This document shows, piece after piece, positions 1 to 12,118 of a stretch of 64,000 nucleotides of DNA. The first letter of the stretch is position 1; each line of letters opens with the position of its first letter. The DNA is from Methylotenera sp. GTDB taxonomy: Bacteria; Pseudomonadota; Gammaproteobacteria; Burkholderiales; Methylophilaceae. Location: contig JAKFDL010000023.1 of NCBI GenBank assembly GCA_036676175.1, positions 14,807 through 78,806 of the forward strand, written 5' to 3'. Made by a program: the position numbers and the translations under genes. The notes beneath the pieces were generated by a model. That model was given only the letters and a program-made list of their open reading frames with translations. It searched no databases and had not been told where the DNA came from.

Positions 1-50
1 TTAGTTGCGCTTAAGAATATTTTAATTTGACGCAGGGTGAGATTGCGCAT
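1..50 (-). CDS. cbbR: 5' end of LysR-type Calvin cycle regulator CbbR (runs off the window's left edge)
   Basis: Reverse complement of 1-50 reads ATG CGC AAT CTC ACC CTG CGT CAA... = MRNLTLRQIKIFLSAT, a LysR HTH N-terminus. It has an AGGA RBS and is divergent from cbbL. Not in the ORF track. Confidence 0.85.
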   Translation of the reverse strand, partial: MRNLTLRQIKIFLSAT

Positions 51-62
51 GCCGTTCCTATC

Positions 63-109
63 ATTAAGTAAAACTTAATCAAGCATAAAATAATAATTAC
101 TTTACCTTA
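63..109. promoter_or_regulatory. Putative CbbR operator
   Basis: Perfect inverted repeat ATTAAGT-AAA-ACTTAAT (63-79) containing TAA-N7-TTA (65-77), plus a second TTA-N7-TTA at 97-109. This fits the LysR T-N11-A / CbbR TNA-N7-TNA pattern. Confidence 0.65.
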
Positions 110-172
110 ACATTAAACACTTTTAAAGTGGGTTCGTGTATTAAGTTTTATATATTGAAAAAGTTTCTTTAA

Positions 173-1678
<1,506 letters not shown>

Positions 1679-1689
1679 GAGAAACAATT

Positions 1690-2124
1690 ATGATGACCAA
1701 CCCGAATGGAATTGTTACGCAGGGGCAGTTTTCTTTTTTACCACCTTTAACAGATGTACAAATTACCTCGCAAATTAAATATGCGCTTAGCAGAGGTTGG
1801 GCGCTGTCAGTTGAATATACGGATGACCCGCACCCACGCAACACCTATTGGGAAATGTTTGGCGCACCGATGTTTGATTTAAAAGACCCAGCGGGGATTT
1901 TGATGGAAGTGAATAACTGCCGTAAAACTTTCCCAAATCACTACATTCGCGTGATGGCATTTAGCTCGGTACGTGGCGTAGAAAGTCCGACCATGTCGTA
2001 TATCGTGAATCGCCCTAAAATTGAGCCTGGCTTTGGCCTAGTGCGTCAAGAAACTGAAGGGCGTAATATACGCTATACGATTCATTCTTATGCGACCGAT
2101 AAACCCGAGGGAGAGCGTTATTAG
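1690..2124 (+). CDS. cbbS: RuBisCO small subunit, red-type
   Basis: [29 protein letters not shown] and the red-type C-terminal beta-hairpin extension are present. Start ATG at 1690/1693 follows AGGAG. Confidence 0.96.
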   Translation: MMTNPNGIVTQGQFSFLPPLTDVQITSQIKYALSRGWALSVEYTDDPHPRNTYWEMFGAPMFDLKDPAGILMEVNNCRKTFPNHYIRVMAFSSVRGVESPTMSYIVNRPKIEPGFGLVRQETEGRNIRYTIHSYATDKPEGERY

Positions 2125-2142
2125 TTCGAGCGCTATTAAGGT

Positions 2143-3048
2143 ATGACCGACAAAATCGACATTCAAGCGCTGTTGGAAGAGTCTCATATTAATGAGGTGC
2201 TGGATGCGCTTGATAAAGATTTAGTTGGTTTGGTGCCAGTAAAGCAACGCATTCGTGAAATAGCGGCCTACTTGCTCATTACTAAAGCCAGATTGCAGCT
2301 TGGTATTGAGGCAGCCAAACCTAGCTTACACATGTGTTTTACTGGCAATCCGGGTACTGGCAAAACGACAGTTGCTCTCAAAATGGCGGAGATGTTGCAT
2401 CGATTGGGTTACATTCGGCAGAATCATGTCATTAGCGTCACGCGGGATGATTTGGTAGGGCAGTATATTGGACATACCGCGCCAAAAACCAAAGAGGTGA
2501 TTAAAAAAGCCATGGGTGGAATACTGTTTATTGATGAGGCGTATTATCTCTATAAGCCAGAAAACGAACGCGATTATGGTCAAGAATCTATCGAGATTTT
2601 ATTACAGACCATGGAGAATCACCGTGACGATTTAGTGGTTATTTTGGCAGGATATCAAGACCGCATGGGCACGTTTTTTAAATCCAATCCAGGTTTGTCA
2701 TCACGTATTGCGCATCATATTGATTTTCCTGACTATAATGAAAATGAGCTATTGGAAATTACGAAATTGATGAGTGATGCGATGCATTACAATTTAGACG
2801 CGAATGCCTCAAAAGCAATGCAAGAGTATATTCAACTGCGTAAACAGCAACCACATTTTGCTAATGCACGTTCGATACGCAATGCCTTGGATCGGGCGCG
2901 TTTGCGCCAAGCGAATCGATTATTTAATGATGCTATCCAAAATAAAAAACAGGCAACGGCAGCAGATTTATCGCTAATTACCGAAGCGGATATTCGTGCC
3001 TCACGCGTATTTACCAATCAAAAAATTACAGACAATAAAACAGGGTAG
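2143..3048 (+). CDS. cbbX: CbbX AAA+ red-type RuBisCO activase
   Basis: Walker A GNPGTGKT, Walker [22 protein letters not shown]; lies directly after cbbS. Confidence 0.96.
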   Translation: MTDKIDIQALLEESHINEVLDALDKDLVGLVPVKQRIREIAAYLLITKARLQLGIEAAKPSLHMCFTGNPGTGKTTVALKMAEMLHRLGYIRQNHVISVTRDDLVGQYIGHTAPKTKEVIKKAMGGILFIDEAYYLYKPENERDYGQESIEILLQTMENHRDDLVVILAGYQDRMGTFFKSNPGLSSRIAHHIDFPDYNENELLEITKLMSDAMHYNLDANASKAMQEYIQLRKQQPHFANARSIRNALDRARLRQANRLFNDAIQNKKQATAADLSLITEADIRASRVFTNQKITDNKTG

Positions 3049-3063
3049 CCCAAAAAGCGCAAT

Positions 3064-4125
3064 ATGATAAAAGCTCAAATCAGCCTAGAAAATTTTTTGC
3101 ATGCGACTCACACAAGTGAGAGTTTGGCTGCTTTATTGTGCGCCATTGCTAAAGCTTCACAAGCTATTTCTGCACTGACTGAAAATGGCGCCATTGAAAA
3201 TAAAGATGGCAAAAATATTTACGGAAAATTAAACAGTGAAAACGTGCAAGGTGAAACGCAAGCCACCTTAGATGTGATTTGCGATGAGATATTTACTAGC
3301 CGCCTGGCTGCTACAGGTTTGGTGGCTGGCATGGTGTCTGAAGAAGTTGATTTGCCGATTACGGTTAAAAACAAGACCAACAAGGCCGAATTTTTAGTGT
3401 TTTTTGACCCCTTAGATGGTTCATCCAATGTCGATGTGAATGTGTCGATTGGTTCGATATTCTCGATATTTAAAGCGCCGAATAAAACGAGTTTATCTGA
3501 AGCTGATTACCTGATTGCGGGCAAACAACAGGTGGCTGCTGGCTATGCTATCTATGGCCCGTGCACGATGTTGGTTATCACCACTGGTCATGGCACTCAT
3601 GGCTTTACGCTTAATCGTGCCAGCAAACAATTTTTACTGACGCATCCCGATATGCAGGTGCCAGCAGACACCAAAGAATACGCTATCAATTCCAGCAACC
3701 AGCGCTTTTGGGAGTCGCCAATCAAGCGCTATATTACCGAGTGTAAATCTGGCGCGGCTGGGCGGAGAGAGAAGGATTTTAATATGCGCTGGATAGGCAG
3801 CATGGTGGCTGATATTCACCGTATTTTAACCAGAGGCGGTATTTATCTTTACCCGAAAGACAACAAAGATAGCACCAAGCCTGGTCGTTTGCGTTTGATG
3901 TATGAAGCTAACCCAATGGCCATGTTGGTAGAGCAAGCGGGAGGAGCTGCTTCAACTGGTAGGATGCGGATGCTAGATGTACCACCAGAACATATACACC
4001 AGCGCATTCCAATTATCATTGGCTCTAAAAATGAGGTGGAACATATTGAGCGCTACCATGCCGCTTTTGATAAAGGTACAGACGAGCCATTCCCGCTGTT
4101 TAATGAGCGTACTTTTTACAGATAA
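3064..4125 (+). CDS. fbp: Class I fructose-1,6-bisphosphatase (likely FBPase/SBPase)
   Basis: FDPLDGSSN, RWIGSMVADIHR and LRLMYEANP motifs. Confidence 0.95.
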   Translation: MIKAQISLENFLHATHTSESLAALLCAIAKASQAISALTENGAIENKDGKNIYGKLNSENVQGETQATLDVICDEIFTSRLAATGLVAGMVSEEVDLPITVKNKTNKAEFLVFFDPLDGSSNVDVNVSIGSIFSIFKAPNKTSLSEADYLIAGKQQVAAGYAIYGPCTMLVITTGHGTHGFTLNRASKQFLLTHPDMQVPADTKEYAINSSNQRFWESPIKRYITECKSGAAGRREKDFNMRWIGSMVADIHRILTRGGIYLYPKDNKDSTKPGRLRLMYEANPMAMLVEQAGGAASTGRMRMLDVPPEHIHQRIPIIIGSKNEVEHIERYHAAFDKGTDEPFPLFNERTFYR

Positions 4126-4157
4126 ATATACTTAAGAATAGTTACTCGAGGATAGTG

Positions 4158-5027
4158 ATGTCTAAAAAATACCCCGTTATTGCAATCACAGGCTCATCAG
4201 GCGCTGGCACTAGCTCAGTGATGGAGAGCTTTGAATATATTTTTAGACGTGAAAATATTAGCGCACAAGTGATCGAAGGTGATTCGATGCACCGTTATGA
4301 GCGTAAAGAAATGGATGAACTGCTGGAAAAACATCACAAAATTCCTGGCAATTATTTTAGTCACTTTAGCCCAGAAGCCAATGAGTTAGCTCAGTTGGAG
4401 AATACCTTTAGCACTTTTGGTGAAACAGGGCGATGTAAAGTACGTAAATATATTCACAGTGATGTCGAAGGTGCACCTTACAAACAAAAAGCCGGCACGC
4501 TGACCCCTTGGCGCGATAGCGCGGAGGATGCCGATGTGCTGTTTTATGAAGGTCTGCATGGCGGTTACGTAGGCGATGAAGCGAATGTGGCGCAGCATGT
4601 AGATTTGCTGGTAGGTGTGGTGCCGATTATTAACCTTGAGTGGATACAGAAAATGCATCGTGATCAAAAGGTGCGTGGCTATTCACCTGAGGCGGTGGTG
4701 GATACGATTTTGCGGCGCATGCCAGATTATATACATCACATCTGCCCGCAATTTTCGCGTACCCACGTTAATTTTCAGCGCGTGCCGACAGTCGATACCT
4801 CTAACCCTTTTATTGCCAAGCACATTCCCAGTGCTGATGAGAGTATGGTGGTGATTCGTTTTGCAGAGCCTAAAGGTATTGATTTCCCTTATTTGCTTTC
4901 GATGTTGCATGGCTCGATGATGACGCGACCAAATACGCTGGTGGTGCCTGGCGGCAAAATGGGCTTGGCGATGCAGCTGATTTTTACGCCGATGATTTTG
5001 CGCTTAATGCAATTACGAGATAGATAG
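4158..5027 (+). CDS. prk: Phosphoribulokinase
   Basis: MSKKYPVIAITGSSGAGT P-loop, FYEGLHG, RRMPDY and QRVPTVDTSNPF; ATG at 4158 after GAGGA. Confidence 0.97.
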   Translation: MSKKYPVIAITGSSGAGTSSVMESFEYIFRRENISAQVIEGDSMHRYERKEMDELLEKHHKIPGNYFSHFSPEANELAQLENTFSTFGETGRCKVRKYIHSDVEGAPYKQKAGTLTPWRDSAEDADVLFYEGLHGGYVGDEANVAQHVDLLVGVVPIINLEWIQKMHRDQKVRGYSPEAVVDTILRRMPDYIHHICPQFSRTHVNFQRVPTVDTSNPFIAKHIPSADESMVVIRFAEPKGIDFPYLLSMLHGSMMTRPNTLVVPGGKMGLAMQLIFTPMILRLMQLRDR

Positions 5028-5052
5028 CAGACTGCTGTCTGAACGCATTAAT

Positions 5053-5709
5053 ATGGCATTGGTCATGTATGACTTAGATGGTACTTTAATAGACACAGCG
5101 GGTGAAATTGCCTTGGCTGTAAACGCGACATTAAGGCAATACAAATTTAAAACGGTGACTGAGGATCAAGTAAAAGCATGGATAGGCCATGGCACTGTTT
5201 GGTTAATGCAGCAAGCATGGCCTGATAAGCGCGATGTTGAGTCGCATGACACATGGAACACAGTGATGGAAAACTTTATGCAGCACTATAAGTATGTGGT
5301 CGGTACAGCTAGCAAGCCATATCCTGCCGCATTAGAAACGTTGACTAAGCTAAAAGAGCAAGGGATTAAACAAGCCATTGTGACCAATAAAGAAGAACCT
5401 TATACCAGTAAAATATTGGCGCAACATAACATGAAAGGCTTATTTGATTTGCGCATCTCTGGCAATTCTTTACCTTACAAAAAACCTGATGCAGCGGTGA
5501 TTGAATACTGTTTAGAAGCATTAGGTGAAACTAAGGAAAACAGCCTATTTGTAGGCGATTCTGAAATCGATATCACGACCGCAAAAAACGCCGGGGTGAC
5601 TTGTTGGGTAGTGCCCTACGGTTACAACGCAGGGCGTGACATTGCAAAAGCGAACCCCGATAAACTAATTGATAACATTAGCAAAGTTCCTGATTTTTTT
5701 AGTCTTTAA
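5053..5709 (+). CDS. cbbZ: Phosphoglycolate phosphatase (HAD)
   Basis: YDLDGTLID motif I, VTNK, KKPD and VGDSEID; position in the cbb cluster. Confidence 0.88.
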   Translation: MALVMYDLDGTLIDTAGEIALAVNATLRQYKFKTVTEDQVKAWIGHGTVWLMQQAWPDKRDVESHDTWNTVMENFMQHYKYVVGTASKPYPAALETLTKLKEQGIKQAIVTNKEEPYTSKILAQHNMKGLFDLRISGNSLPYKKPDAAVIEYCLEALGETKENSLFVGDSEIDITTAKNAGVTCWVVPYGYNAGRDIAKANPDKLIDNISKVPDFFSL

Positions 5710-5772
5710 AAATTTTAAAAACTTAAACCTTGATTCAGATTCAAACAAAAATACACTAAAAAAGGGTTATAC

Positions 5773-6837
5773 ATGGCATTAGTTTCATTAAGACAATTGC
5801 TTGATCACGCAGCTGAGCACCAATACGGCCTACCCGCATTTAACGTGAATAATATGGAGCAAATTCATGCCATTATGCAGGCGGCCAATGAAGTAGATAG
5901 CCCGGTGATTTTACAGGCTTCTGCCGGCGCTAGAGGTTATGCCGGTGAACCGTTCTTAAGACACTTGGTGGAAGCAGCCATTGAGCAATACCCCCATATT
6001 CCTTTGTGCATGCACCAAGATCATGGCGCTTCAGCCGCAGTATGCCAGACTGCATTGAGAAGTGGTTTTTCAAGCGTAATGATGGATGGCTCGCTGATGG
6101 ACGATGCCAAAACGCCTTCCACCTTTGATTACAACGTGCAGGTGACGCGCCAAGTGGTAGAAGCTGCACATGCTGTGGGCGTATCTGTTGAAGGTGAGCT
6201 AGGTGTACTTGGCTCACTAGAAACTGGACAAGCAGGAGAGGAGGATGGTGGTGGTGCAGAAGGTGTTTTGAGTGAATCACAACTGCTTACCGACCCTGAT
6301 GAGGCTGCTGCATTTGTCAAAGCAACGCAGGTGGACGCTTTGGCGATTGCCATAGGTACTAGCCACGGGGCATATAAATTCAGTCGTCCACCCACGGGCG
6401 ATATACTTTCTGTAGACAGAATTAGAGCCATTCATGCGCGCATTCCTAACACGCATTTGGTCATGCATGGTTCATCCAGTGTGGAGCAAGAATGGCTGCA
6501 AATGATTCGTGAATACGGCGGCCAAATAAAAGAGACTTACGGCGTACCCGTTTCTGAAATTGTGGAGGGTATTAAAAATGGCGTGCGCAAAATCAACATT
6601 GACACGGATATTCGCTTAGCCATGACTGCCACCATCCGCAAAGAAATGGCGCATCACCCCGCAGAATTTGACCCGCGCGCTTTTTTAAAGGCGGCCACGA
6701 TTGCCGCGAGAAGTGTTTGTAAAAGCCGTTTTGAAGCATTTGGCAGTGCGGGCCAAGCCTCTAAAATTAAGGTGATTTCTTTAGATAATATGGCGGCGCG
6801 CTACGCAAAAGGCGAGTATGCAGCAATCATCAAATAG
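5773..6837 (+). CDS. fba: Class II fructose-bisphosphate aldolase (Calvin subtype)
   Basis: [34 protein letters not shown] and KINIDTD motifs. Confidence 0.96.
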   Translation: MALVSLRQLLDHAAEHQYGLPAFNVNNMEQIHAIMQAANEVDSPVILQASAGARGYAGEPFLRHLVEAAIEQYPHIPLCMHQDHGASAAVCQTALRSGFSSVMMDGSLMDDAKTPSTFDYNVQVTRQVVEAAHAVGVSVEGELGVLGSLETGQAGEEDGGGAEGVLSESQLLTDPDEAAAFVKATQVDALAIAIGTSHGAYKFSRPPTGDILSVDRIRAIHARIPNTHLVMHGSSSVEQEWLQMIREYGGQIKETYGVPVSEIVEGIKNGVRKINIDTDIRLAMTATIRKEMAHHPAEFDPRAFLKAATIAARSVCKSRFEAFGSAGQASKIKVISLDNMAARYAKGEYAAIIK

Positions 6838-6863
6838 GTAAACTTATCTACAATAAGGAAAAC

Positions 6864-7634
6864 ATGAGACGTAAATTAGTAGTCGGTAATTGGAAAATGA
6901 ATGGGCGCATCGCTCAAAACCAGGTTTTTTTGCAACGCTTGAAAATTGGTGTGCAAGATTTAAAGCACGCAGATGTTGTCGTGTGCGTGCCTTACCCCTA
7001 TATTGCACAAGCACAAGCCTTGCTGCAAGACTCTAATGTGGCTTGGGGTGCCCAAAATTTGTGCGCCGATGAGAATGCAGCGCTAACCGGCGCAGTGTCG
7101 GCCTATATGCTGACCGATTATGGCTGCAGCTATGTGATTGTTGGACACTCGGAACGACGTACACAGTTTCACGAAACTGATGACACAGCAGCGACCCGCT
7201 TTAACGCTGCTGAAAAAGCGGGCTTAATCCCGATTTTTTGTATGGGGGAGTCGTCTGAAGAGCGCGAATCGGATTGGACGGAATATGTAGTGGGACGGCA
7301 ATTGGATTCGATTATCCGTCGCTATGGAGCTGAAGTGCTAAGCAAAGCTGTGCTGGCCTACGAGCCTTTGTGGGCGGTTGGTACAGACATTGCGGCGACT
7401 CCAGAGCAAGCCCAAGAAGTCCATGCATTTATTCGTAATCGTGTGGCTAAGTGTGACGCTAAGGTCGCTAGAAATGTACAGATATTGTATGGTGGTAGCT
7501 TAAAACCAAGCAATGCTGAAGCGCTATTTTCCATGCCAGATATTGATGGTGGTTTGGTTGGGCGTAGCTCGCTTGATGTAAATAGCTTTATAGCCATTTG
7601 CCATGCAGCAAATCAAGAGTGTGTAGCGGTATGA
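6864..7634 (+). CDS. tpiA: Triosephosphate isomerase
   Basis: GNWKM, GHSERR, AYEPLWAVGT and YGGS motifs. Confidence 0.93.
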   Translation: MRRKLVVGNWKMNGRIAQNQVFLQRLKIGVQDLKHADVVVCVPYPYIAQAQALLQDSNVAWGAQNLCADENAALTGAVSAYMLTDYGCSYVIVGHSERRTQFHETDDTAATRFNAAEKAGLIPIFCMGESSEERESDWTEYVVGRQLDSIIRRYGAEVLSKAVLAYEPLWAVGTDIAATPEQAQEVHAFIRNRVAKCDAKVARNVQILYGGSLKPSNAEALFSMPDIDGGLVGRSSLDVNSFIAICHAANQECVAV

Positions 7635-7644
7635 AGATAATAAA

Positions 7645-8790
7645 ATGAAAACTCACTCACTCGTCGTTGGTGTTCCTTTCGAAATTAAGAGTGACGAGCA
7701 GCGCGTGGCTGCAACGCCTGAGACCGTAAAAAAAATGCTCACTTTAGGTTGTAAAGTGCTCGTACAAAGGGGTGCGGGTGAGCGCGCCAGCATTACTGAT
7801 ACTGCATATGAGGCAGTGGGCGCAGAGATTGTTTCCGCAAAAGAGGTGTTTAAAGCCGATTTAATTCTTAAGGTACGTGCACCAGAATCAAACGAAATCA
7901 AAGCCATGAAATCGGGAACTGTATTAATCGGCTTGCTGGAGCCCTTTAATCTGCCCCAATTAAATGCCATCGCTGCACAGGGCATTACTGCATTTTCACT
8001 GGAAGCACTCCCCAGAAACTCCAGGGCACAAAGCATGGATGTGCTGTCTTCGCAGGCGAATGTGGCGGGCTACAAAGCAGTGTTACTGGCCAGCCATTTT
8101 TACCAACGTTTTATGCCGATGCTGATGACAGCTGCAGGCACAGTGAAGGCTGCGCGGGTATTGGTGTTGGGGGCAGGGGTTGCCGGATTACAAGCGATTG
8201 CTACAGCTAGAAGACTAGGCGCCGTGGTAGAAGCCTCCGATGTGCGTCCGGCAGTGAAAGAGCAGATTGAATCACTCGGTGCAAAGTTTTTAGAGGTGCC
8301 TTACGAAACAGCAGAGGAGGAAGAAATTGCTGCTGGTGTTGGTGGCTATGCGCGCCCAATGCCAAGGGAGTGGATGATGCGACAAGCAACACTTGTTGCC
8401 CAACGCGCTGCCGAGGCGGATATTGTGATTACTTCTGCACTGATTCCTGGTCGTGAGCCACCGATTTTACTGCATGCGGAAACCGTAGAAAAAATTAGGC
8501 ATGGCGCAGTTGTCATCGACATGGCAGCTGGCCTCGGTAAAAATGGCTGTGGCAATTGCCCGCTCACAGAGGCGAATCAAGTGGTGGTGAAACATGGCGT
8601 TACCATCGTGGGTTATACCAATTTACCTAGCTTGGTTGCAGCAGATGCCTCCGCTTTTTATGCCCGCAATATTTTAGAGTTTTTGAAGTTATTAATATCA
8701 GAGGAGAAATTGAATCTCCCTGCGGATGACGAATTAGTAATGGCGAGTTTGATGTGCAAAGATGGTCAATTAATTAAAAAAAGTGACTGA
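7645..8790 (+). CDS. pntAa: Proton-translocating NAD(P) transhydrogenase alpha-1 (domain I)
   Basis: [17 protein letters not shown] and the Rossmann motif LGAGVAG. Confidence 0.95.
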   Translation: MKTHSLVVGVPFEIKSDEQRVAATPETVKKMLTLGCKVLVQRGAGERASITDTAYEAVGAEIVSAKEVFKADLILKVRAPESNEIKAMKSGTVLIGLLEPFNLPQLNAIAAQGITAFSLEALPRNSRAQSMDVLSSQANVAGYKAVLLASHFYQRFMPMLMTAAGTVKAARVLVLGAGVAGLQAIATARRLGAVVEASDVRPAVKEQIESLGAKFLEVPYETAEEEEIAAGVGGYARPMPREWMMRQATLVAQRAAEADIVITSALIPGREPPILLHAETVEKIRHGAVVIDMAAGLGKNGCGNCPLTEANQVVVKHGVTIVGYTNLPSLVAADASAFYARNILEFLKLLISEEKLNLPADDELVMASLMCKDGQLIKKSD

Positions 8791-8810
8791 AAAGAAATAG
8801 GGAAGCGCTT

Positions 8811-9161
8811 ATGACTGAATTACTCACCATGCAGAACATTACTATTTTCGTGCTGGCCATATTTGTGGGTTATCACGTGGTTTGGACGGTGACACCAGCC
8901 TTGCATACCCCACTGATGTCAGTCACTAACGCCATTTCGGGCATTGTGATTGTGGGCGCCATGCTCCAAACGGTAAGTATAGATGGTGAAACTTTAAATT
9001 TAACCAGTATTTTGGGAGCGATTGCAGTATTTTTAACTTCAATTAATATCTTTGGTGGCTTTCTAGTCACCCGACGCATGTTGGAAATGTTCAAAAAGAA
9101 AGAGGCCAAGGTATCAGAAAACAAGGTTTCAGAGTCGAGAGCAGTGGAGTCAAATAAATGA
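8811..9161 (+). CDS. pntAb: Transhydrogenase alpha-2 membrane subunit
   Basis: [18 protein letters not shown] and [16 protein letters not shown]. Confidence 0.95.
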   Translation: MTELLTMQNITIFVLAIFVGYHVVWTVTPALHTPLMSVTNAISGIVIVGAMLQTVSIDGETLNLTSILGAIAVFLTSINIFGGFLVTRRMLEMFKKKEAKVSENKVSESRAVESNK

Positions 9162-10531
9162 ATGTGATTAATCCCAATTTCATCTCGGCCGCTTATTTAA
9201 TCTCTGCGGTATTGTTTATTTTCTCACTCAAGGGGTTGGCTTCTCCCACCAGTGCGCGTTTGGGGAATACATTGGGCATGGTGGGGATGGCAATCGCAGT
9301 CACCACCACTTTCTTCGTTGGTCATCATCTTATATTCTCACTCATTGCTGGTGCGATTGTTTTAGGTGCAGTTGTAGGTACTTTGGCTGCAAAGCGAGTG
9401 CAGATGACCAAAATGCCAGAGCTGGTCGCTCTGATGCACTCGTTTGTGGGCTTGTCAGCAGTATTGATTGCTATTGCTGCTGTGTACAACACGGCAGAGA
9501 CACATACATCGGTGCAGCGCATTGAGTTGTTTATCGGTGCTTTTATCGGCGCAATCACTTTTACCGCTTCTGTGGTCGCTTTTGGTAAGCTATCTGGGAA
9601 ATTTGGTGCAAAACCAGTGAGTTTTAAAGGCCAGCATTTGTTAAATCTAGTGCTGGCTTTACTCATGTTGGGTTTTGGTATTTTGTATTATCTGCAAAGC
9701 AGTCAGCTGGCTTTTCTAGTGATGTGCAGCTTGGCACTCATTTTAGGAATGACGCTCATCATACCTATCGGTGGGGCTGATATGCCAGTGGTGGTCTCCA
9801 TGCTGAATAGTTATTCTGGTTGGGCGGCGGCCGGCATTGGCTTTACCTTGAACAATCCTGTGCTCATTATTGCCGGGGCTTGTGTGGGCTCGTCTGGTGC
9901 GATTCTGTCTTATATTATGTGTAAGGCCATGAATCGCTCCATCATTGCCGTTATGCTGGGTGGGTTTGGCGCTGAAACCAGTGTAGATGCAGCGGCAGGT
10001 GAACAAAAAGCAGTGAAATCAGGCTCCGCAGAAGACGTGGCATTTTTAATGGGCAATGCCGATACTGTGATTATTGTGCCAGGTTACGGTTTGGCTGTTT
10101 CACGTGCGCAACATGCGCTACAAGAACTCACCACTAAATTAATCGCCAAAGGCGTCAATGTAAAATACGCCATTCACCCAGTCGCAGGCCGTATGCCTGG
10201 GCATATGAATGTTCTTCTAGCGGAGGCAGATGTGCCTTACGAGCAAGTGGTGGAGATGGAGGACGTGAATAATGAATTTGGGCAAACTGACGTCGTTTTT
10301 GTGATTGGTGCCAATGATGTAGTGAACCCCGCCGCTAAAAAGCCCGGCAGTGCTATCTACGGCATGCCGATTCTAGAGGCTTACAAAGCCAAAACCATCA
10401 TTGTCAATAAACGCACCATGGCGGCTGGCTATGCAGGTTTGGATAATGAGCTATTCTATTTAGATAAAACCATGATGGTGTTTGGCGATGCTAAGCATGT
10501 CGTTGAAAGTCTTGTAAAGGCGATAGACTAG
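9158..10531 (+). CDS. pntB: Transhydrogenase beta subunit
   Basis: [39 protein letters not shown] and GANDVVNP; ATGA overlap with pntAb. Confidence 0.96.
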   Translation: MNVINPNFISAAYLISAVLFIFSLKGLASPTSARLGNTLGMVGMAIAVTTTFFVGHHLIFSLIAGAIVLGAVVGTLAAKRVQMTKMPELVALMHSFVGLSAVLIAIAAVYNTAETHTSVQRIELFIGAFIGAITFTASVVAFGKLSGKFGAKPVSFKGQHLLNLVLALLMLGFGILYYLQSSQLAFLVMCSLALILGMTLIIPIGGADMPVVVSMLNSYSGWAAAGIGFTLNNPVLIIAGACVGSSGAILSYIMCKAMNRSIIAVMLGGFGAETSVDAAAGEQKAVKSGSAEDVAFLMGNADTVIIVPGYGLAVSRAQHALQELTTKLIAKGVNVKYAIHPVAGRMPGHMNVLLAEADVPYEQVVEMEDVNNEFGQTDVVFVIGANDVVNPAAKKPGSAIYGMPILEAYKAKTIIVNKRTMAAGYAGLDNELFYLDKTMMVFGDAKHVVESLVKAID

Positions 10532-10539
10532 AGATATTT

Positions 10540-11919
10540 TTACAGGCCAGTATTTTCCACATATTTGGCATAGATATGTTTACGGGTTAGTGGTAAAGAT
10601 GATTGACCAATTTCACGTTTGTTGGCCAATATTTGATAGATGCCGATTCTACCTTTTTCAAACTCCAAAGCGCATGCGGCCATATATAAACGCCAAACTC
10701 TGTAGGTAGATTCCGTCACATATCGCAGTGCTTCTTCGTGATGATTCTCTAAACGGGAAACCCACTGCCGCAGTGTTAAGGCGTAATGTGGGCGTAACGA
10801 TTCAACATCAGAGATCTCAAACTTCTCTTTTTCCATAGCGCGTTGAATATTGCTCACAGTATCTAACTGGCCATCAGGAAAAATATAACGGTTAATGAAC
10901 TCTGTTGATAAGGTCTTTTCCCAGCCCTCTACATCATGCGTAATGCCATGATTTAAAAATAACCCAGATGGTTTTAACAAGCGGTGCACCGTTGAGAAAT
11001 ATAAAGGTAAATTTTTTAAACCGACATGTTCAAACATGCCCACACTGACTATCTTGTCATAAATACCAGTACCTTTAATATCGCGGTAATCACATAAACT
11101 AAGCGTGACCTGCTTTTCTAAACCGGCTGCTTTGATACGTGCGGTTGCTAGTTCAAACTGTTGTTGACTCAGTGTGATCCCGTGCGCTTTAACACCAAAA
11201 TGCTGCGCTGCGTAAATAACCAACGCTCCCCAGCCACAGCCTATATCAAGCAATTGTTCACCTGGTTTCAATATTAATTTGCGGCATATATGTTCAAGCT
11301 TAGCCTGTTGCGCCTGTTCCAGCGTGGCATCGGCTTTCTCAAAGTATGCGCATGAATAAATCATGGCACTATCTAGCCATAGTGCATAAAAATCGTTCGA
11401 TACGTCATAATGAAATTGGACTGCATCACGATTTTCTATTTTGCTATGCGCTTTTATCGCACGACTGTAAGTGAGTGAGTCTCTGTAATTTTGGGCATCA
11501 ATACGGGCAGGAAGTTTTAACGCACTGATGATTGCAACGAGCCTGTTGTATAAGGACAGTTTGATAATGTGCAAATGGTCTTTTAAGCTAACGGCAGCAA
11601 AAAAGTCACCTTCAATATCAATGTCACCTCGAAAGTATGCATTGGCCAAGCGAAGGGGATCCCGACCAAACACGATACTGCTCAGAATGTTCGGGTTACG
11701 CCAGATCAAAATGAATGATTGACTCAAGTCTTGAGTAATACCTTTACCCAGCTTTAGGCTAATCCCATTCCATAACCGCATCGTCAGCTTGCCATCAAAG
11801 TTTCTAAACAAGCACTTCAACAATTTCACGGTATCTTCAATTCCCGCATTAGGAATTAACCGCTGCCCTCTACCCTCTGCGGCGAGATCTTGATTATTTT
11901 GATTAATTAAACCATTCAT
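10540..11919 (-). CDS. cfa: Cyclopropane-fatty-acyl-phospholipid synthase family SAM methyltransferase
   Basis: FHYDVSNDFY, YSCAYF, LLDIGCGWG, SVGMFEH and YIFPDG motifs. Confidence 0.88.
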   Translation of the reverse strand: MNGLINQNNQDLAAEGRGQRLIPNAGIEDTVKLLKCLFRNFDGKLTMRLWNGISLKLGKGITQDLSQSFILIWRNPNILSSIVFGRDPLRLANAYFRGDIDIEGDFFAAVSLKDHLHIIKLSLYNRLVAIISALKLPARIDAQNYRDSLTYSRAIKAHSKIENRDAVQFHYDVSNDFYALWLDSAMIYSCAYFEKADATLEQAQQAKLEHICRKLILKPGEQLLDIGCGWGALVIYAAQHFGVKAHGITLSQQQFELATARIKAAGLEKQVTLSLCDYRDIKGTGIYDKIVSVGMFEHVGLKNLPLYFSTVHRLLKPSGLFLNHGITHDVEGWEKTLSTEFINRYIFPDGQLDTVSNIQRAMEKEKFEISDVESLRPHYALTLRQWVSRLENHHEEALRYVTESTYRVWRLYMAACALEFEKGRIGIYQILANKREIGQSSLPLTRKHIYAKYVENTGL

Positions 11920-12001
11920 ATAAATTAAATGTGGCGTGTTTAAAATATCAATTTAAATTTCTTAATTACCCCAATTACAACTTTTATGACTATAAGCATC
12001 C

Positions 12002-12035
12002 AAGATTAAGTATCTAAGATTAAGTATCTAAGATA
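12002..12035. repeat. Tandem 14-bp repeat AAGATTAAGTATCT (two copies plus a partial third)
   Basis: Read directly at 12002-12015, 12016-12029 and partially at 12030-12035. Confidence 0.85.
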
Positions 12036-12118
12036 AATGAATACTTTACTGTGTGCTATCGAACATAAGATAACAACTTTTTGCATCACTTCAAAATGCA
12101 GAAACCAAGCACTAAGTC

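Noticed and set aside
12002-12035. Possible CRISPR array
   Set aside because: Only two adjacent 14-bp units with no spacers, and no cas genes.
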